The notes below the pieces were generated by a model, which ran no database searches, was not told where the DNA came from, and was given only the letters and a program-made list of their open reading frames with translations. This document shows, piece by piece, positions 9,237 through 18,232 of a DNA stretch of 32,000 bases. The position numbers were made by a program, and so were the translations under genes. Origin of the DNA: an uncultured archaeon (GTDB lineage Archaea > Iainarchaeota > Iainarchaeia > Iainarchaeales > CSSED10-239); NCBI GenBank assembly GCA_964496765.1, contig CAZCAP010000002.1:1-32000 (forward strand), given 5' to 3'. Positions within the stretch are counted from its first letter, which is position 1. The number at the start of each line of letters is the position of its first letter.

Positions 9237-9409
9237 ATTTAATGCACCAATATAAATAGTAGAAAGAAACTAATATAAATAGTTAGATTGTACTAAAAGG
9301 AACACTTATTACCTATTTTTTAAAATAACTATATTTAAAATAGTTTCTAGTAATATATTTAATATATAAGTCTATTTTTATATAATATAAAATAAATAAT
9401 TGATAAAAT

Positions 9410-9613
9410 ATGGAAAAATTAACAAAATATGAAGTAACAAGATTACTTTCTGCAAGAGCTGAACAGATATCATCTGGTGCTCCTCCACTTGTTAGAACCA
9501 AGAAGGATGACACACCCTATGAGCTTGCAATAATAGAATTTGATAAAAAAAGAATACCACTTGCTGTGATTAGAACAACAAATGGAATACAGGAAATTAT
9601 AAGTGTGAATTAA
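9410..9613 (+). CDS. rpoK: DNA-directed RNA polymerase subunit K (Rpo6)
   Basis: LTKYEVTRLLSARAEQISSGAPPLV...IAIIEFDKKRIPLAVIR matches the conserved RpoK/Rpb6 core. 67 aa. Confidence 0.85.
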   Translation: MEKLTKYEVTRLLSARAEQISSGAPPLVRTKKDDTPYELAIIEFDKKRIPLAVIRTTNGIQEIISVN

Positions 9614-9614
9614 T

Positions 9615-9896
9615 ATGGGAAAAGCAATGTCAAATGCCATAAAGGCAAAAGCAAAAATAATAATAACTGAGTTTAAAGATAAGCTTAGTATTGAGTTTAA
9701 GAAGAACAAGGACTTTTTAAAAAGCATGAATCTTCCATTATCTAAGTTAACAATCAACCTAATGGCAGGATACATTACAAGAAACTTCAAGAAAGAAAAG
9801 AAAGCTTCTGAAGAGCTTAATAATCTTGGAGCAAAAAGTAGAGATGCTAATAAAATACCTATGAAAGAAGCAAAAGACACACAAATACATGGTTAA
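9615..9896 (+). CDS. rps17e: 30S ribosomal protein eS17 (S17e)
   Basis: N-terminal MGKA..., a basic helical protein with a conserved AGYITR segment (INLMAGYITRNFKK) as in archaeal S17e. It starts 2 nt after rpoK. Confidence 0.6.
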   Translation: MGKAMSNAIKAKAKIIITEFKDKLSIEFKKNKDFLKSMNLPLSKLTINLMAGYITRNFKKEKKASEELNNLGAKSRDANKIPMKEAKDTQIHG

Positions 9897-9932
9897 TTGC
9901 AATTCTTTCCTTTTTTTAATTTTTTTTATAAA

Positions 9933-10964
9933 TTAATATTCTAATTTATATCTTAGAATACCAATAATACCACCAAAGGACTTTAGTGTTTCTGTGGTTT
10001 GGTGCTCATTATCCACTATATGTACTTTAGTTTTAATTTTTTCTGCATTCTTAATTAGTGCTTGTATTTTATCAAGATTGTCTTTCCATAGTTTTTCGGA
10101 TATTAGAAGATATTCAATTGCTCCTGTATTTATTGTTTCTTCAATTTTTTTTAGCCCATAGATTGCTTTACCATTGTCCTTGCCAAGATATTCTTTAAAA
10201 GTGTCCAACATTTCTTGCTCTTTATAAATAATTGAGTTTTCAAAAAATTTACTAACTTCTTTTTTTGAGAAGAGCTCACTAATTGATGCTCTAGAAGTGT
10301 TTGATAATTGAATTTCAAGAGGTTTAATTTTATTATTTTTGTTTTTAATAAATCCAGAGAGCATAACCTTAACATGCCCAGGCCCAGCAATAATCACTTG
10401 ATATTCAGTTTCTTTAATTAATTCAAATATTTTTTCAAAGAAAGAAGAATAATCAAAACTATCGGAATACCTCTTACCATGCTTACCTGAAGGGATGGTT
10501 GCAATATCTTTAATCCCTATATCTGAAAGAATAAAAACATCTGCTTTTTCATCATCAATTGCTATTAGAAATATTTTATTGGTTATTGTTTTACTAGATT
10601 TAATTAAATCAATTTCATGATCAAATAGGTTTTGCTTTAATAGAGTATACTTGGATCCAAGAGAGATCTCTAGAGTATGGTGATCACCTATTGGCGCAAC
10701 ATCCTGGGGTTTAGAATCAATAATCCTGCCAGTGAATCTTAGTGAATCAATTGTTGAAGAATAATCGAACTTTTCAATCTTGATTGAAACAAAGATAGGT
10801 ATTCTTTTCGAATCTCCTGTTTCATCAATCTTTGATCTCCTAAAAGAAGTACCTTTAATTATGTCACCTATCTCAACAATACTTTTTAGTATCCAGAGAT
10901 CTTCAATGGTTTGAAGAGTGAACACTATTTCTTTTTCTTTTTTATTCAGGTGGATTACATTCAT
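9933..10964 (-). CDS. pelA: Pelota/Dom34 ribosome-rescue factor
   Basis: 343 aa. The N-terminal Sm-like region (TIEDLWILKSIVEIGDIIKGTSFRR) and the eRF1-like central and C-terminal domains (ETINTGAIEYLLISE) are present. Confidence 0.85.
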   Translation of the reverse strand: MNVIHLNKKEKEIVFTLQTIEDLWILKSIVEIGDIIKGTSFRRSKIDETGDSKRIPIFVSIKIEKFDYSSTIDSLRFTGRIIDSKPQDVAPIGDHHTLEISLGSKYTLLKQNLFDHEIDLIKSSKTITNKIFLIAIDDEKADVFILSDIGIKDIATIPSGKHGKRYSDSFDYSSFFEKIFELIKETEYQVIIAGPGHVKVMLSGFIKNKNNKIKPLEIQLSNTSRASISELFSKKEVSKFFENSIIYKEQEMLDTFKEYLGKDNGKAIYGLKKIEETINTGAIEYLLISEKLWKDNLDKIQALIKNAEKIKTKVHIVDNEHQTTETLKSFGGIIGILRYKLEY

Positions 10965-10982
10965 GTTCTTTCATCTTTATTT

Positions 10983-12524
10983 TTATTTAATTAATGGTTT
11001 TGACATATAATCTGGTATTTTTATATCTAATATTTTCAAAACAGTTGGACCAACCGAAGCAATGGATGCATTCTTTAGTGCCCTAATCTCATATTTGTTT
11101 TTAGAAACCACAACGAATGGAACTTTGCTTAGGCTATGGGATGTGGAAATACCACCATTTGAATATATCATTTCATCACAGTTTCCATGATCAGCAACAA
11201 GTAAAAGAACGGTGTCCCTGAAGTTTATTTCTTTAATAATTCTTCCAACACATCTATCTATGATTTCAACACTCTTGATTGCAGCAGGAATATCCCCTGT
11301 GTGCCCAACCATATCTCCATTAGCAAAGTTTACTAAAATAAATTTATAGTCTGCTTTCAATTTAGGAAGAAGCTTGTTTGTTATTTTTTCTGCGGACATT
11401 TCAGGAGCCTGATCAAATGTTTTGACTTTTGGAGATGGAACTAGTATCCTGTCCTCTCCCTCATTAGGATATTCTTGTCCAAGATTAAAGAAATAGGTAA
11501 CATGTGCAAACTTCTCAGTTTCTGCAACCCTTAATTGTTTGAATTTCTTTTTGGAAAGAATCTTACCTATTCCTGGCTTTGGTTTTATTGGTGGAAATAT
11601 AATATTTATTTTGTTAGATAAAGCAGAATCATATTCTGTTAATGAATAGAAATTTACTTTAAGATTCTTCTTGGTTTTAAATTTATTAAATTTATTATTC
11701 ACAAACACATTTAGGAACTCTCTTGCCCTATCACTCCTGAAATTAAAAAATAGGATTGTATCTTTATTCTTTATTATTCCATCCTTTAGTAGAAGCGTAG
11801 GTTCAAAGAATTCATCAGTAATTCTTTTTTTATAACTTTTTTTAATAAATGAAATTGCATCATCATTTTTATTACCTATCCCATAAACTAGTAGGTCATA
11901 AACTTTTTTTTGCCTACCCCAATGATTATCTCTATCCATACCAAAATATCTACCAGATAGGGAGGCAATGTGCACGTTTTGCATTAATCCCAGAGATTCA
12001 ATTGTATGTTGAAGTTTATGAGTATAATTGATTATGCTTTTTGGAGGAACATCACGTCCATCAGCAAATAAATGTAGGTATACGTTTTTTATTTTTTTTT
12101 GTGCAACAATCTTGAGAATTGCAAACAAATGGTTTTGATGGGAATGAACGCCTCCATCAGATAATAAGCCAATCAAATGAAGCGCGTTTTCTCTCTTAAC
12201 TTTGTTCATTGCAGACAAAATAATCTTATTTTTAAAAAATAATTTCTTACCAATTGCTTTATTTATTCTAACAATATCAGATTCTAAGACGCATCCTGCC
12301 CCAAAAGTTGAATGACCAACTTCGGATGAACCTAATTGTTTTGGTGGAAGACCAACATATTCTTCACTTGCTCCAAGTAGGGTGTTTGGATAATTTTTAA
12401 ATAGTTTATTTAAAATGGGTTTTTTAGCTCTTGAGAAAGCATTACCTTCATAATCCTTATTTATTCCACAGCCATCTAAAACAACAAGTACAACTTTATT
12501 TATTTTTTCCATCTTCCTTATCAC
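10983..12524 (-). CDS. gpmI: 2,3-bisphosphoglycerate-independent phosphoglycerate mutase (GpmI type)
   Basis: Motifs VLDGCG, SSEVGHSTFGAG, GLLSDGGVHSH, FADGRDVPP and ADHGNCDEM. 513 aa. The true start may be the internal Met (MEKINK, at 12512). The gene overlaps the 3' end of priL. Confidence 0.85.
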   Translation of the reverse strand: MIRKMEKINKVVLVVLDGCGINKDYEGNAFSRAKKPILNKLFKNYPNTLLGASEEYVGLPPKQLGSSEVGHSTFGAGCVLESDIVRINKAIGKKLFFKNKIILSAMNKVKRENALHLIGLLSDGGVHSHQNHLFAILKIVAQKKIKNVYLHLFADGRDVPPKSIINYTHKLQHTIESLGLMQNVHIASLSGRYFGMDRDNHWGRQKKVYDLLVYGIGNKNDDAISFIKKSYKKRITDEFFEPTLLLKDGIIKNKDTILFFNFRSDRAREFLNVFVNNKFNKFKTKKNLKVNFYSLTEYDSALSNKINIIFPPIKPKPGIGKILSKKKFKQLRVAETEKFAHVTYFFNLGQEYPNEGEDRILVPSPKVKTFDQAPEMSAEKITNKLLPKLKADYKFILVNFANGDMVGHTGDIPAAIKSVEIIDRCVGRIIKEINFRDTVLLLVADHGNCDEMIYSNGGISTSHSLSKVPFVVVSKNKYEIRALKNASIASVGPTVLKILDIKIPDYMSKPLIK

Positions 12525-13503
12525 CTTTCTTAATCTTATTAAACAATTGGAATGGATGTTTCACATTACACTCAGCAACGCAAATTCCATTTCCTTTAAT
12601 TGTATCACAGTTAGGTACAGAATATTTCTTTTCCATAAGTGCTTTAATTTGATATGATGCAATTCTTTCATCAAAATTAGGTAGATGTTTATAAATTGTA
12701 AGAATTTCATCATAGCTGTATCCTATATTTGCTAAGAAAACAGCAAGAGAAAAGTTTTCAATATGTGTTAATTTTTCTCCGGACATTATTTTATTGTACA
12801 TACTTACAAAGCATGGAGGAAAATTCTTATAATCAACCTTATTAATTGTTTTAATATTATAGGCATTTTCCTTAATTATTTTTTCTTTAATATATTTACC
12901 ATACTCTCTAAAGACCTTAGGAAGCTCTTTTTTTTCAATATTTATATTATTTAATATTCTTTTTTTCAAAATTACAGATAAAAGATTAATAAGTTCTTCT
13001 TTTTCAAAATAAATTATTCCTGCTTTTAGATTAATATATTGTAATTTATATTCATCTCCAAGTTCATATTTTAAATAATTTATTAAATCAATAGTGTATT
13101 TTCCTTCCTGTTCACTATAGTTTATGTCAGGAGATAGATCAAGAAGCAATTCTTCTAGTTCGGAATCATCTCTTGAGTTATTTAAATAATATCTGAATTG
13201 CTTTTGATAATAGACCGCAAATTGCTGGTATAGTGGATTGTAATCAACAATAGACAGGAGAAGACGAGAAATGGGATAGATGGTTACAAAAATATCTGCA
13301 AGTTTAATATCATTTTCAGATAGATACATTTTCCATTGTTTCTCTCTGTCTTGGACAGAAAGATTAATTGTATTTATTAGGAACATAGTTGCTTTTTTGA
13401 TTAGATTTTCATCAATAGCTAATAGGTCAATGTCTTTTGATTTTAAATAATCTCTGGCTCTACTTGAAAAAGGATATTTAATTAAATAATTATATGCAAG
13501 CAT
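12496..13503 (-). CDS. priL: DNA primase large (regulatory) subunit PriL
   Basis: FPPCF...LTHIENFSLAVFLANIGYS motif, plus the C-terminal Cys set (PNCDTIKGNGICVAECNV) expected for the Fe-S domain. Confidence 0.8.
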   Translation of the reverse strand: MLAYNYLIKYPFSSRARDYLKSKDIDLLAIDENLIKKATMFLINTINLSVQDREKQWKMYLSENDIKLADIFVTIYPISRLLLSIVDYNPLYQQFAVYYQKQFRYYLNNSRDDSELEELLLDLSPDINYSEQEGKYTIDLINYLKYELGDEYKLQYINLKAGIIYFEKEELINLLSVILKKRILNNINIEKKELPKVFREYGKYIKEKIIKENAYNIKTINKVDYKNFPPCFVSMYNKIMSGEKLTHIENFSLAVFLANIGYSYDEILTIYKHLPNFDERIASYQIKALMEKKYSVPNCDTIKGNGICVAECNVKHPFQLFNKIKKGDKEDGKNK

Positions 13504-13542
13504 AACTAAAATATATATGTGAAAGTTATTAAATTAGTTTGT

Positions 13543-14406
13543 TTATAGGAAATAGGCAGCTTCTATTAGTGCACCAATTGCAAGCAACAATAACGCTAAC
13601 ATAAACATGTGTAAAAAATCTAATAGGGCAACCCATTTGAAGTCAGTAGTAAACAACCCTCTAAATAAATCTCTTGCAAGTATTGCTCCAGTAACGCTTA
13701 CAATAAAGTAGGCAAGAATTTCTGGAAGCCCATGCGGCAGGTAACTAAAGAAATTCAAAATCAGGTTTCCTATTCCAGTAAAAATTGAAATTATTCCCCC
13801 TGACAAACCAACAAAGGAAATGGATATATCTTGAACAATAATAGCTGCTAGAATGGATGAATTCCATGCGATTAAAAATAAACCACCTGCTCCATAGAAG
13901 AAGGACAAAAGCGTTGCTGAGAGAATTACCAAAAGATTATTAATTAAAACCAAGAAGAAAACTTGTTTAAACCTAGAATAATGTAATGAGGTTCCAATAA
14001 GATTACCAGTAGAAATTGAATTTTGTATGTTTGCTACTCCTTGAATCTCCCCAAGCTGCACAGAAAACACATTTATGCTTGTTGCCTGAGGAAGAACTAA
14101 CCCTGCAGCAACATAGGTTGCAAAAATACCTAAAAAGAACCATAAAAGAAGATATATAGTTTTTTTATGTCTTTTAAAAAAGGGTTTATCAAAATTAAGT
14201 AAATAGGAATCACGAGAATAGAGTTTATTGAAAAGAGGGACAGCTCCTATAGTAATAAATGCAAGAACTGCAATGCTTGTGTTGGTTTTGGGGAATAAAA
14301 AGGTAGCAAACAAAATAGAAATTGCTGTAAGTATAACTGCATCAATAAACATCAAGCTAGGAGTTCGCCTTAGCTTATCTGGATTTATCAATAATTCTAG
14401 TACCAT
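13543..14406 (-). CDS. SpoIIM-like (DUF95) integral membrane protein
   Basis: Polytopic membrane protein with an LPHGLPEILAYFIVSVTGAILA segment resembling the conserved HG.xE motif of the stage II sporulation protein M family. Confidence 0.5.
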   Translation of the reverse strand: MVLELLINPDKLRRTPSLMFIDAVILTAISILFATFLFPKTNTSIAVLAFITIGAVPLFNKLYSRDSYLLNFDKPFFKRHKKTIYLLLWFFLGIFATYVAAGLVLPQATSINVFSVQLGEIQGVANIQNSISTGNLIGTSLHYSRFKQVFFLVLINNLLVILSATLLSFFYGAGGLFLIAWNSSILAAIIVQDISISFVGLSGGIISIFTGIGNLILNFFSYLPHGLPEILAYFIVSVTGAILARDLFRGLFTTDFKWVALLDFLHMFMLALLLLAIGALIEAAYFL

Positions 14407-14505
14407 TTTATCAAGTATTTATGTAATGTAATATTATATAAACATTTCTTATATATTATTATATATAAACTAACGCTAATTTTAATAAAACCAAAATAGA
14501 ATGAA

Positions 14506-14955
14506 GTGATTTCCTTGAAAGATGAACATGAAGAAAAAAAAATATTACAAAAAATATTTAGTAAAATAAAATCAAAAGAATGTATTGATATTGAAGATAT
14601 TGTTTATGGTAAAGTAGTTTCAGTTACTGATAAGATGGCATTCATTGATGTTGATTCAGTTGACGGGGGAAAAGCGCTTTGCCCATCAAACACAGGAATT
14701 TTATTTGTTAGCTCAATTGAAAACGGGTACCTTGAAAAAGCAAGTGATTTAATTAAGAAAGGAGACTACCTCAAAGCAAGAGTTACAGACACCACCAAAT
14801 TTGGAATCAAACTAACTACAGCGGATAGAAACATGGGTGTTATTAGAGCTGTATGCACTTCCTGTAAGGAACCTCTTAAACTTAATCTTGCATCCCAGGA
14901 ACTTAAATGTTTAAAATGTAAGTCTATTCAGACAAGAAAAATTGCAAAGATGTGA
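14506..14955 (+). CDS. csl4: Exosome complex RNA-binding subunit Csl4 (S1 domain + zinc ribbon)
   Basis: S1-like core (DIVYGKVVSVTDKMAFIDV...KKGDYLKARVTD) followed by a CxxC...CxxC ribbon (CTSCKEPL...CLKCKSIQTRKIA). It is adjacent to rpoL, as I recall is common in archaea. The start at 14506 is GTG, so the start is uncertain. Confidence 0.7.
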   Translation: MISLKDEHEEKKILQKIFSKIKSKECIDIEDIVYGKVVSVTDKMAFIDVDSVDGGKALCPSNTGILFVSSIENGYLEKASDLIKKGDYLKARVTDTTKFGIKLTTADRNMGVIRAVCTSCKEPLKLNLASQELKCLKCKSIQTRKIAKM

Positions 14956-14962
14956 ATAAAAT

Positions 14963-15256
14963 ATGGATATAGAATTTATTAAAAAGAATAAAGATGAAAT
15001 TGAAATTAAAGTAAAAAATGAAGATACTGCTTTTTTTGATTTAATAGTAAGTATTGCAAGCTCTAAAAGAGAAGTTGATTTTGTTTCTTTAAAAAGAGCA
15101 GACAATCTTATTGAAGAATTTACTTTCTATCTTAAAACAAAGGGAGAACCAGCAAAAGAAATGCTTCTTTCCTGCATAGAGGAAGCAGAAGAAAACTTTG
15201 GAACATTGGTTACCTACCTTGAGAAAAGTTTACCAGATAAAAAGAATAAAGAATAA
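14963..15256 (+). CDS. rpoL: DNA-directed RNA polymerase subunit L (Rpo11)
   Basis: 97 aa. The pattern IEFIKKNKDEIEIKVKNEDTAFFDLI...VDFVSLKR...FYLKTKGEPAKEML is typical of archaeal RpoL/Rpb11. It follows csl4. Confidence 0.65.
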   Translation: MDIEFIKKNKDEIEIKVKNEDTAFFDLIVSIASSKREVDFVSLKRADNLIEEFTFYLKTKGEPAKEMLLSCIEEAEENFGTLVTYLEKSLPDKKNKE

Positions 15257-15268
15257 ACCACATGAATT

Positions 15269-16021
15269 ATGGGTAAGAAAAACAAAATTCAAGAAAAACC
15301 AACTAAGCAAAAAAATTGGTATTCATTTCTTGATTACATAGATCCATTTACCTACCTCGACATGCTTCTTTATAATACTCTTGGAGAACCAAAGAGTATG
15401 GGAAAGAAAGTTCTATTTTGGATAATCTATATTGCATTTGCTTTCCTTCTCGCATACATACTTTATACTCTTTTAGGAATTATTTTTGGATCAACCATGC
15501 CTCTAGCAACAGTAGTTTCTGGATCAATGGAACCAACCTTTCAAAGAGGGGATGTTGTTGTATTAGGGGGCACAAAGTACATAAACGCAGAAACAGTAAT
15601 CATTAATGAAAACATTGCTCAAAAGGATCTATCCTGGTTTAGTGAAATGACCTATAAAACAAATGAATATGGGCTTGATGAAGTAAGTACAATAACAATA
15701 GATAATCAAACAATTAAATTTGATGATATTATTAAAAATAATAATTCTGTTGTAGTGTACACATCAAACATTCAGGGCATACCAATAATTCATCGTGTTG
15801 TTGCAATCATAGATGCAAAGGATGGAATATTCATAATTACAAAGGGAGATAATAGTAAAACAAATAGATATATTGATCAAGATTGTGAGGTGTCTCCATT
15901 AACAGGATATGCAACCAAAGGATGTCTAAATCTCTACCCAGTAAAGATAGATAGTTTACTTGGAAAGAAAATTGGATTAATCCCATATATTGGATATGCA
16001 AAACTATTTTTATTTGGATAA
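15269..16021 (+). CDS. Signal peptidase I, archaeal/ER Sec11 type (S26B)
   Basis: N-terminal TM anchor, catalytic Ser box VVSGSMEPTFQRGDVVVL, His box IIHRVV, and GDN box TKGDNS. Confidence 0.8.
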   Translation: MGKKNKIQEKPTKQKNWYSFLDYIDPFTYLDMLLYNTLGEPKSMGKKVLFWIIYIAFAFLLAYILYTLLGIIFGSTMPLATVVSGSMEPTFQRGDVVVLGGTKYINAETVIINENIAQKDLSWFSEMTYKTNEYGLDEVSTITIDNQTIKFDDIIKNNNSVVVYTSNIQGIPIIHRVVAIIDAKDGIFIITKGDNSKTNRYIDQDCEVSPLTGYATKGCLNLYPVKIDSLLGKKIGLIPYIGYAKLFLFG

Positions 16022-16024
16022 ATT

Positions 16025-16861
16025 ATGGGAAATGATAATTTTAATAAACTAACAGAAAAGGAACAAATTGATTATCTAATTAGAAAACAAAAGCTTCACA
16101 TCATATTTAATGACTATGGGCAAGCCCCTAAGATTATAGAAGAACTTAAACTCATGAGTAAAACACCTTCTGATTTTTATTTAGCAGTTAAATTATATAA
16201 TTATTTGCCAAACAACATGTATTATACAGAAAAATTAGAATCTGTAAAAGCAAATCTAAGATTAAGAAAGCAATTAAAGTTACCTCAAATTCATAAAGAT
16301 TATATTGTTCGATTTACAAAGCCAGTTTTTAATAATGAGGGATTAGCAACCAACATACATGTAGAGGCAGGGATGCAAATTGAAATAATTAAAAAAGAAA
16401 CTTATCCAACAAGAATAATCACTTTCAATGCATTTTTTACTAATGAAAAAAAACAAAGAATCCTAAGAATAAACAATCTACAGGGAACGAGAAATTCAAT
16501 CACAGAATTAAATGAATTAACTCATAAAATAGGGGAAAACTGGAGAATAAGAATAGTAAAAGATCTAAATCAAATATGTGTTGCAAAAGAAATTAGATTA
16601 ATAGGAGAGCTTCCTAAATTTTATGTGAGTGGTAAGAAAGATACAGAGTATCTAAGAATTTTGAGACAATACATTCAAACATATCTTAAAGCAGGACTAA
16701 AGCCAGAAAATATAGATATAACAAAAATAAAAGAACACAAAGTTAAAACGAAAATTGAAAAAATAATAATTAATAAAGAAAAAAATAAAGTAATTCATGA
16801 AAAAAGAGATGCAAAAAATAAAAATAAACCAAAAATACCTAGACCACTAAGAAAACTTTAA
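16025..16861 (+). CDS. Hypothetical protein with a very basic Lys-rich C-terminal tail
   Basis: Long ORF with genome-typical codon bias, and 3 nt separate it from the upstream gene. I recognise no motif. Its stop shares a TTAA tetranucleotide with the convergent cdc6 stop. Confidence 0.5.
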   Translation: MGNDNFNKLTEKEQIDYLIRKQKLHIIFNDYGQAPKIIEELKLMSKTPSDFYLAVKLYNYLPNNMYYTEKLESVKANLRLRKQLKLPQIHKDYIVRFTKPVFNNEGLATNIHVEAGMQIEIIKKETYPTRIITFNAFFTNEKKQRILRINNLQGTRNSITELNELTHKIGENWRIRIVKDLNQICVAKEIRLIGELPKFYVSGKKDTEYLRILRQYIQTYLKAGLKPENIDITKIKEHKVKTKIEKIIINKEKNKVIHEKRDAKNKNKPKIPRPLRKL

Positions 16862-18069
16862 ACACTAAATTCTTCGTATAATAATTCATTTATTGATTTT
16901 GGATCAACACCCAATCTAATTAAAGTTGTGCTTCCTCTCATTCCTTTTCCTGATTCTGTAGTTGAAATGAAACCATAGGTTTCAAGTTCATTAATGTATT
17001 CTCTAAACCAACGCATGGAAACAGGCTTTTCTCCAAACTTTTTTGTAAGTAGCGTGTATTTTTCATATATTTCTCCAGAATATAATACATTTTCTTCTAG
17101 TGAACCATCTATCTTTAATATGCCTTTTGGTTTTTCTGATTTTTCAGAAATTGCAAGAAGAACTAATTGTAATTGAACTGGGAGGGTTAACACCATGCTT
17201 TTCATAATTTCTTGCTCAACCTTTTCCTTTGCTAAATAAACTTCCTTATCAGTAACCTCTTTCTTTTGATGTAAATCCGCAAGCTCTCCAGCTCTCAATA
17301 GGAGCATGACAGCTGTTCTTGCATCCCCTGATTCTTTTGCTGCAATTGCTGCAGCAATAGCTATAGCTGAATCTGTAACAACCTTGGGTCTAAATGCTAA
17401 ACTAATTCTTTGATTTAATATTTCTTTTAATTCCTCTGCATTGTAGGGTGGATAAACTGCTTCCTGTTCACAGAGTGTACTTTTTGTTCTTTGATCTAAT
17501 CTTGATTTAAAGAAAAGATTATTTGAGATTCCTATGATGGAAACACTTCCAAGATCAAGTTCATCATTTGCTCTTGTTAGGGTATACACAAGATCATCAA
17601 TCTCCTTATCTTTGATTTTATCTATTTCATCTAAAATAACTACGAAATTCATTTTAGTATCTTTAATGTAGGATATGAATTTATCATAAATGAAAGATCT
17701 TGAATATCCAATGAAATTTTTATCAGAATAAAATAGCTGAACACAATAAAAAAGAACAGCGTATTTAGTTTGATAATTTCTACAATTTAAGTAAATTGAT
17801 TGAAAAGGTAAATTATTTTCCTTTGAAACATCCACTAATTGATCAACAACGTGCCTTACAACTGTTGTTTTTCCTGTTCCAACTTTACCATAAATAAAAA
17901 CATTGTGTGGTTTTTCTTTTTTCAAAGCAGGAGATAACCAGATAGAAAGAGTTTTAATTTGCTTATCCCTAAAAGGTAATTTTTCTGGTGCATAATGTGG
18001 AGAAATTTTGTTTTTGTCAATAAAAACAGATTCCTGGTTTAGAAACCCATAAAATATATTCTCAGACAT
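16858..18069 (-). CDS. cdc6: Orc1/Cdc6 replication initiator (AAA+ plus C-terminal winged helix)
   Basis: N-terminal PFRDKQIKTL, Walker A GKVGTGKTT, Walker B VVILDEIDK, sensor region GDARTAVMLL, and a C-terminal wH-like domain. 403 aa. Confidence 0.9.
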   Translation of the reverse strand: MSENIFYGFLNQESVFIDKNKISPHYAPEKLPFRDKQIKTLSIWLSPALKKEKPHNVFIYGKVGTGKTTVVRHVVDQLVDVSKENNLPFQSIYLNCRNYQTKYAVLFYCVQLFYSDKNFIGYSRSFIYDKFISYIKDTKMNFVVILDEIDKIKDKEIDDLVYTLTRANDELDLGSVSIIGISNNLFFKSRLDQRTKSTLCEQEAVYPPYNAEELKEILNQRISLAFRPKVVTDSAIAIAAAIAAKESGDARTAVMLLLRAGELADLHQKKEVTDKEVYLAKEKVEQEIMKSMVLTLPVQLQLVLLAISEKSEKPKGILKIDGSLEENVLYSGEIYEKYTLLTKKFGEKPVSMRWFREYINELETYGFISTTESGKGMRGSTTLIRLGVDPKSINELLYEEFSV

Positions 18070-18137
18070 TCTTATTTACACCCTTAATTAGATATAATAT
18101 ATAGGATTCAAATACTTTTTATATGTTTGTTCTCTCA

Positions 18138-18150
18138 TATCCAGTGGATA
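18138..18150. promoter_or_regulatory. Perfect dyad TATCCA-G-TGGATA between the divergent cdc6 and small-gene promoters (ORB-like or operator candidate)
   Basis: A 6-bp inverted repeat with a 1-nt spacer, seen directly in the sequence. It sits about 70 nt upstream of the cdc6 ATG. From memory, its CCAGTGGA core resembles the dyad core of archaeal ORB/mini-ORB elements. Confidence 0.3.
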
Positions 18151-18160
18151 GTAGATAATT

Positions 18161-18232
18161 TAACAAAGTTTATAAATTAAACCTATAAATATATATTTAT
18201 TAAAATTACAAATTAAAGGAGATTGAAAAAAT
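18161..18232 (+). promoter_or_regulatory. Conserved promoter/5'UTR module of the Cys-rich small-protein family (copy 1a)
   Basis: AAAGTTTATAAAT (TATA-like, 64 nt before the ATG), then ATATATTTATTAAA, ATTACAAA, GGAG and TGAAAAAATATG. The same blocks in the same order occur upstream of 20550 and 25791. Confidence 0.6.

Noticed and set aside
9470-9880. 136-aa - strand ORF and 9313..9513 overlapping rpoK and rps17e
   Set aside because: The + strand products match conserved RpoK and S17e patterns. The antisense translations are low-complexity and hydrophobic, with no motifs.
15418-15606. 62-aa alternative-frame ORF inside the signal peptidase gene, and similar nested ORFs (1020..1208, 11849..12031, 22346..22552, 27633..27875)
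   Set aside because: They are nested in or antisense to genes with strong motif support. They have no independent signals.
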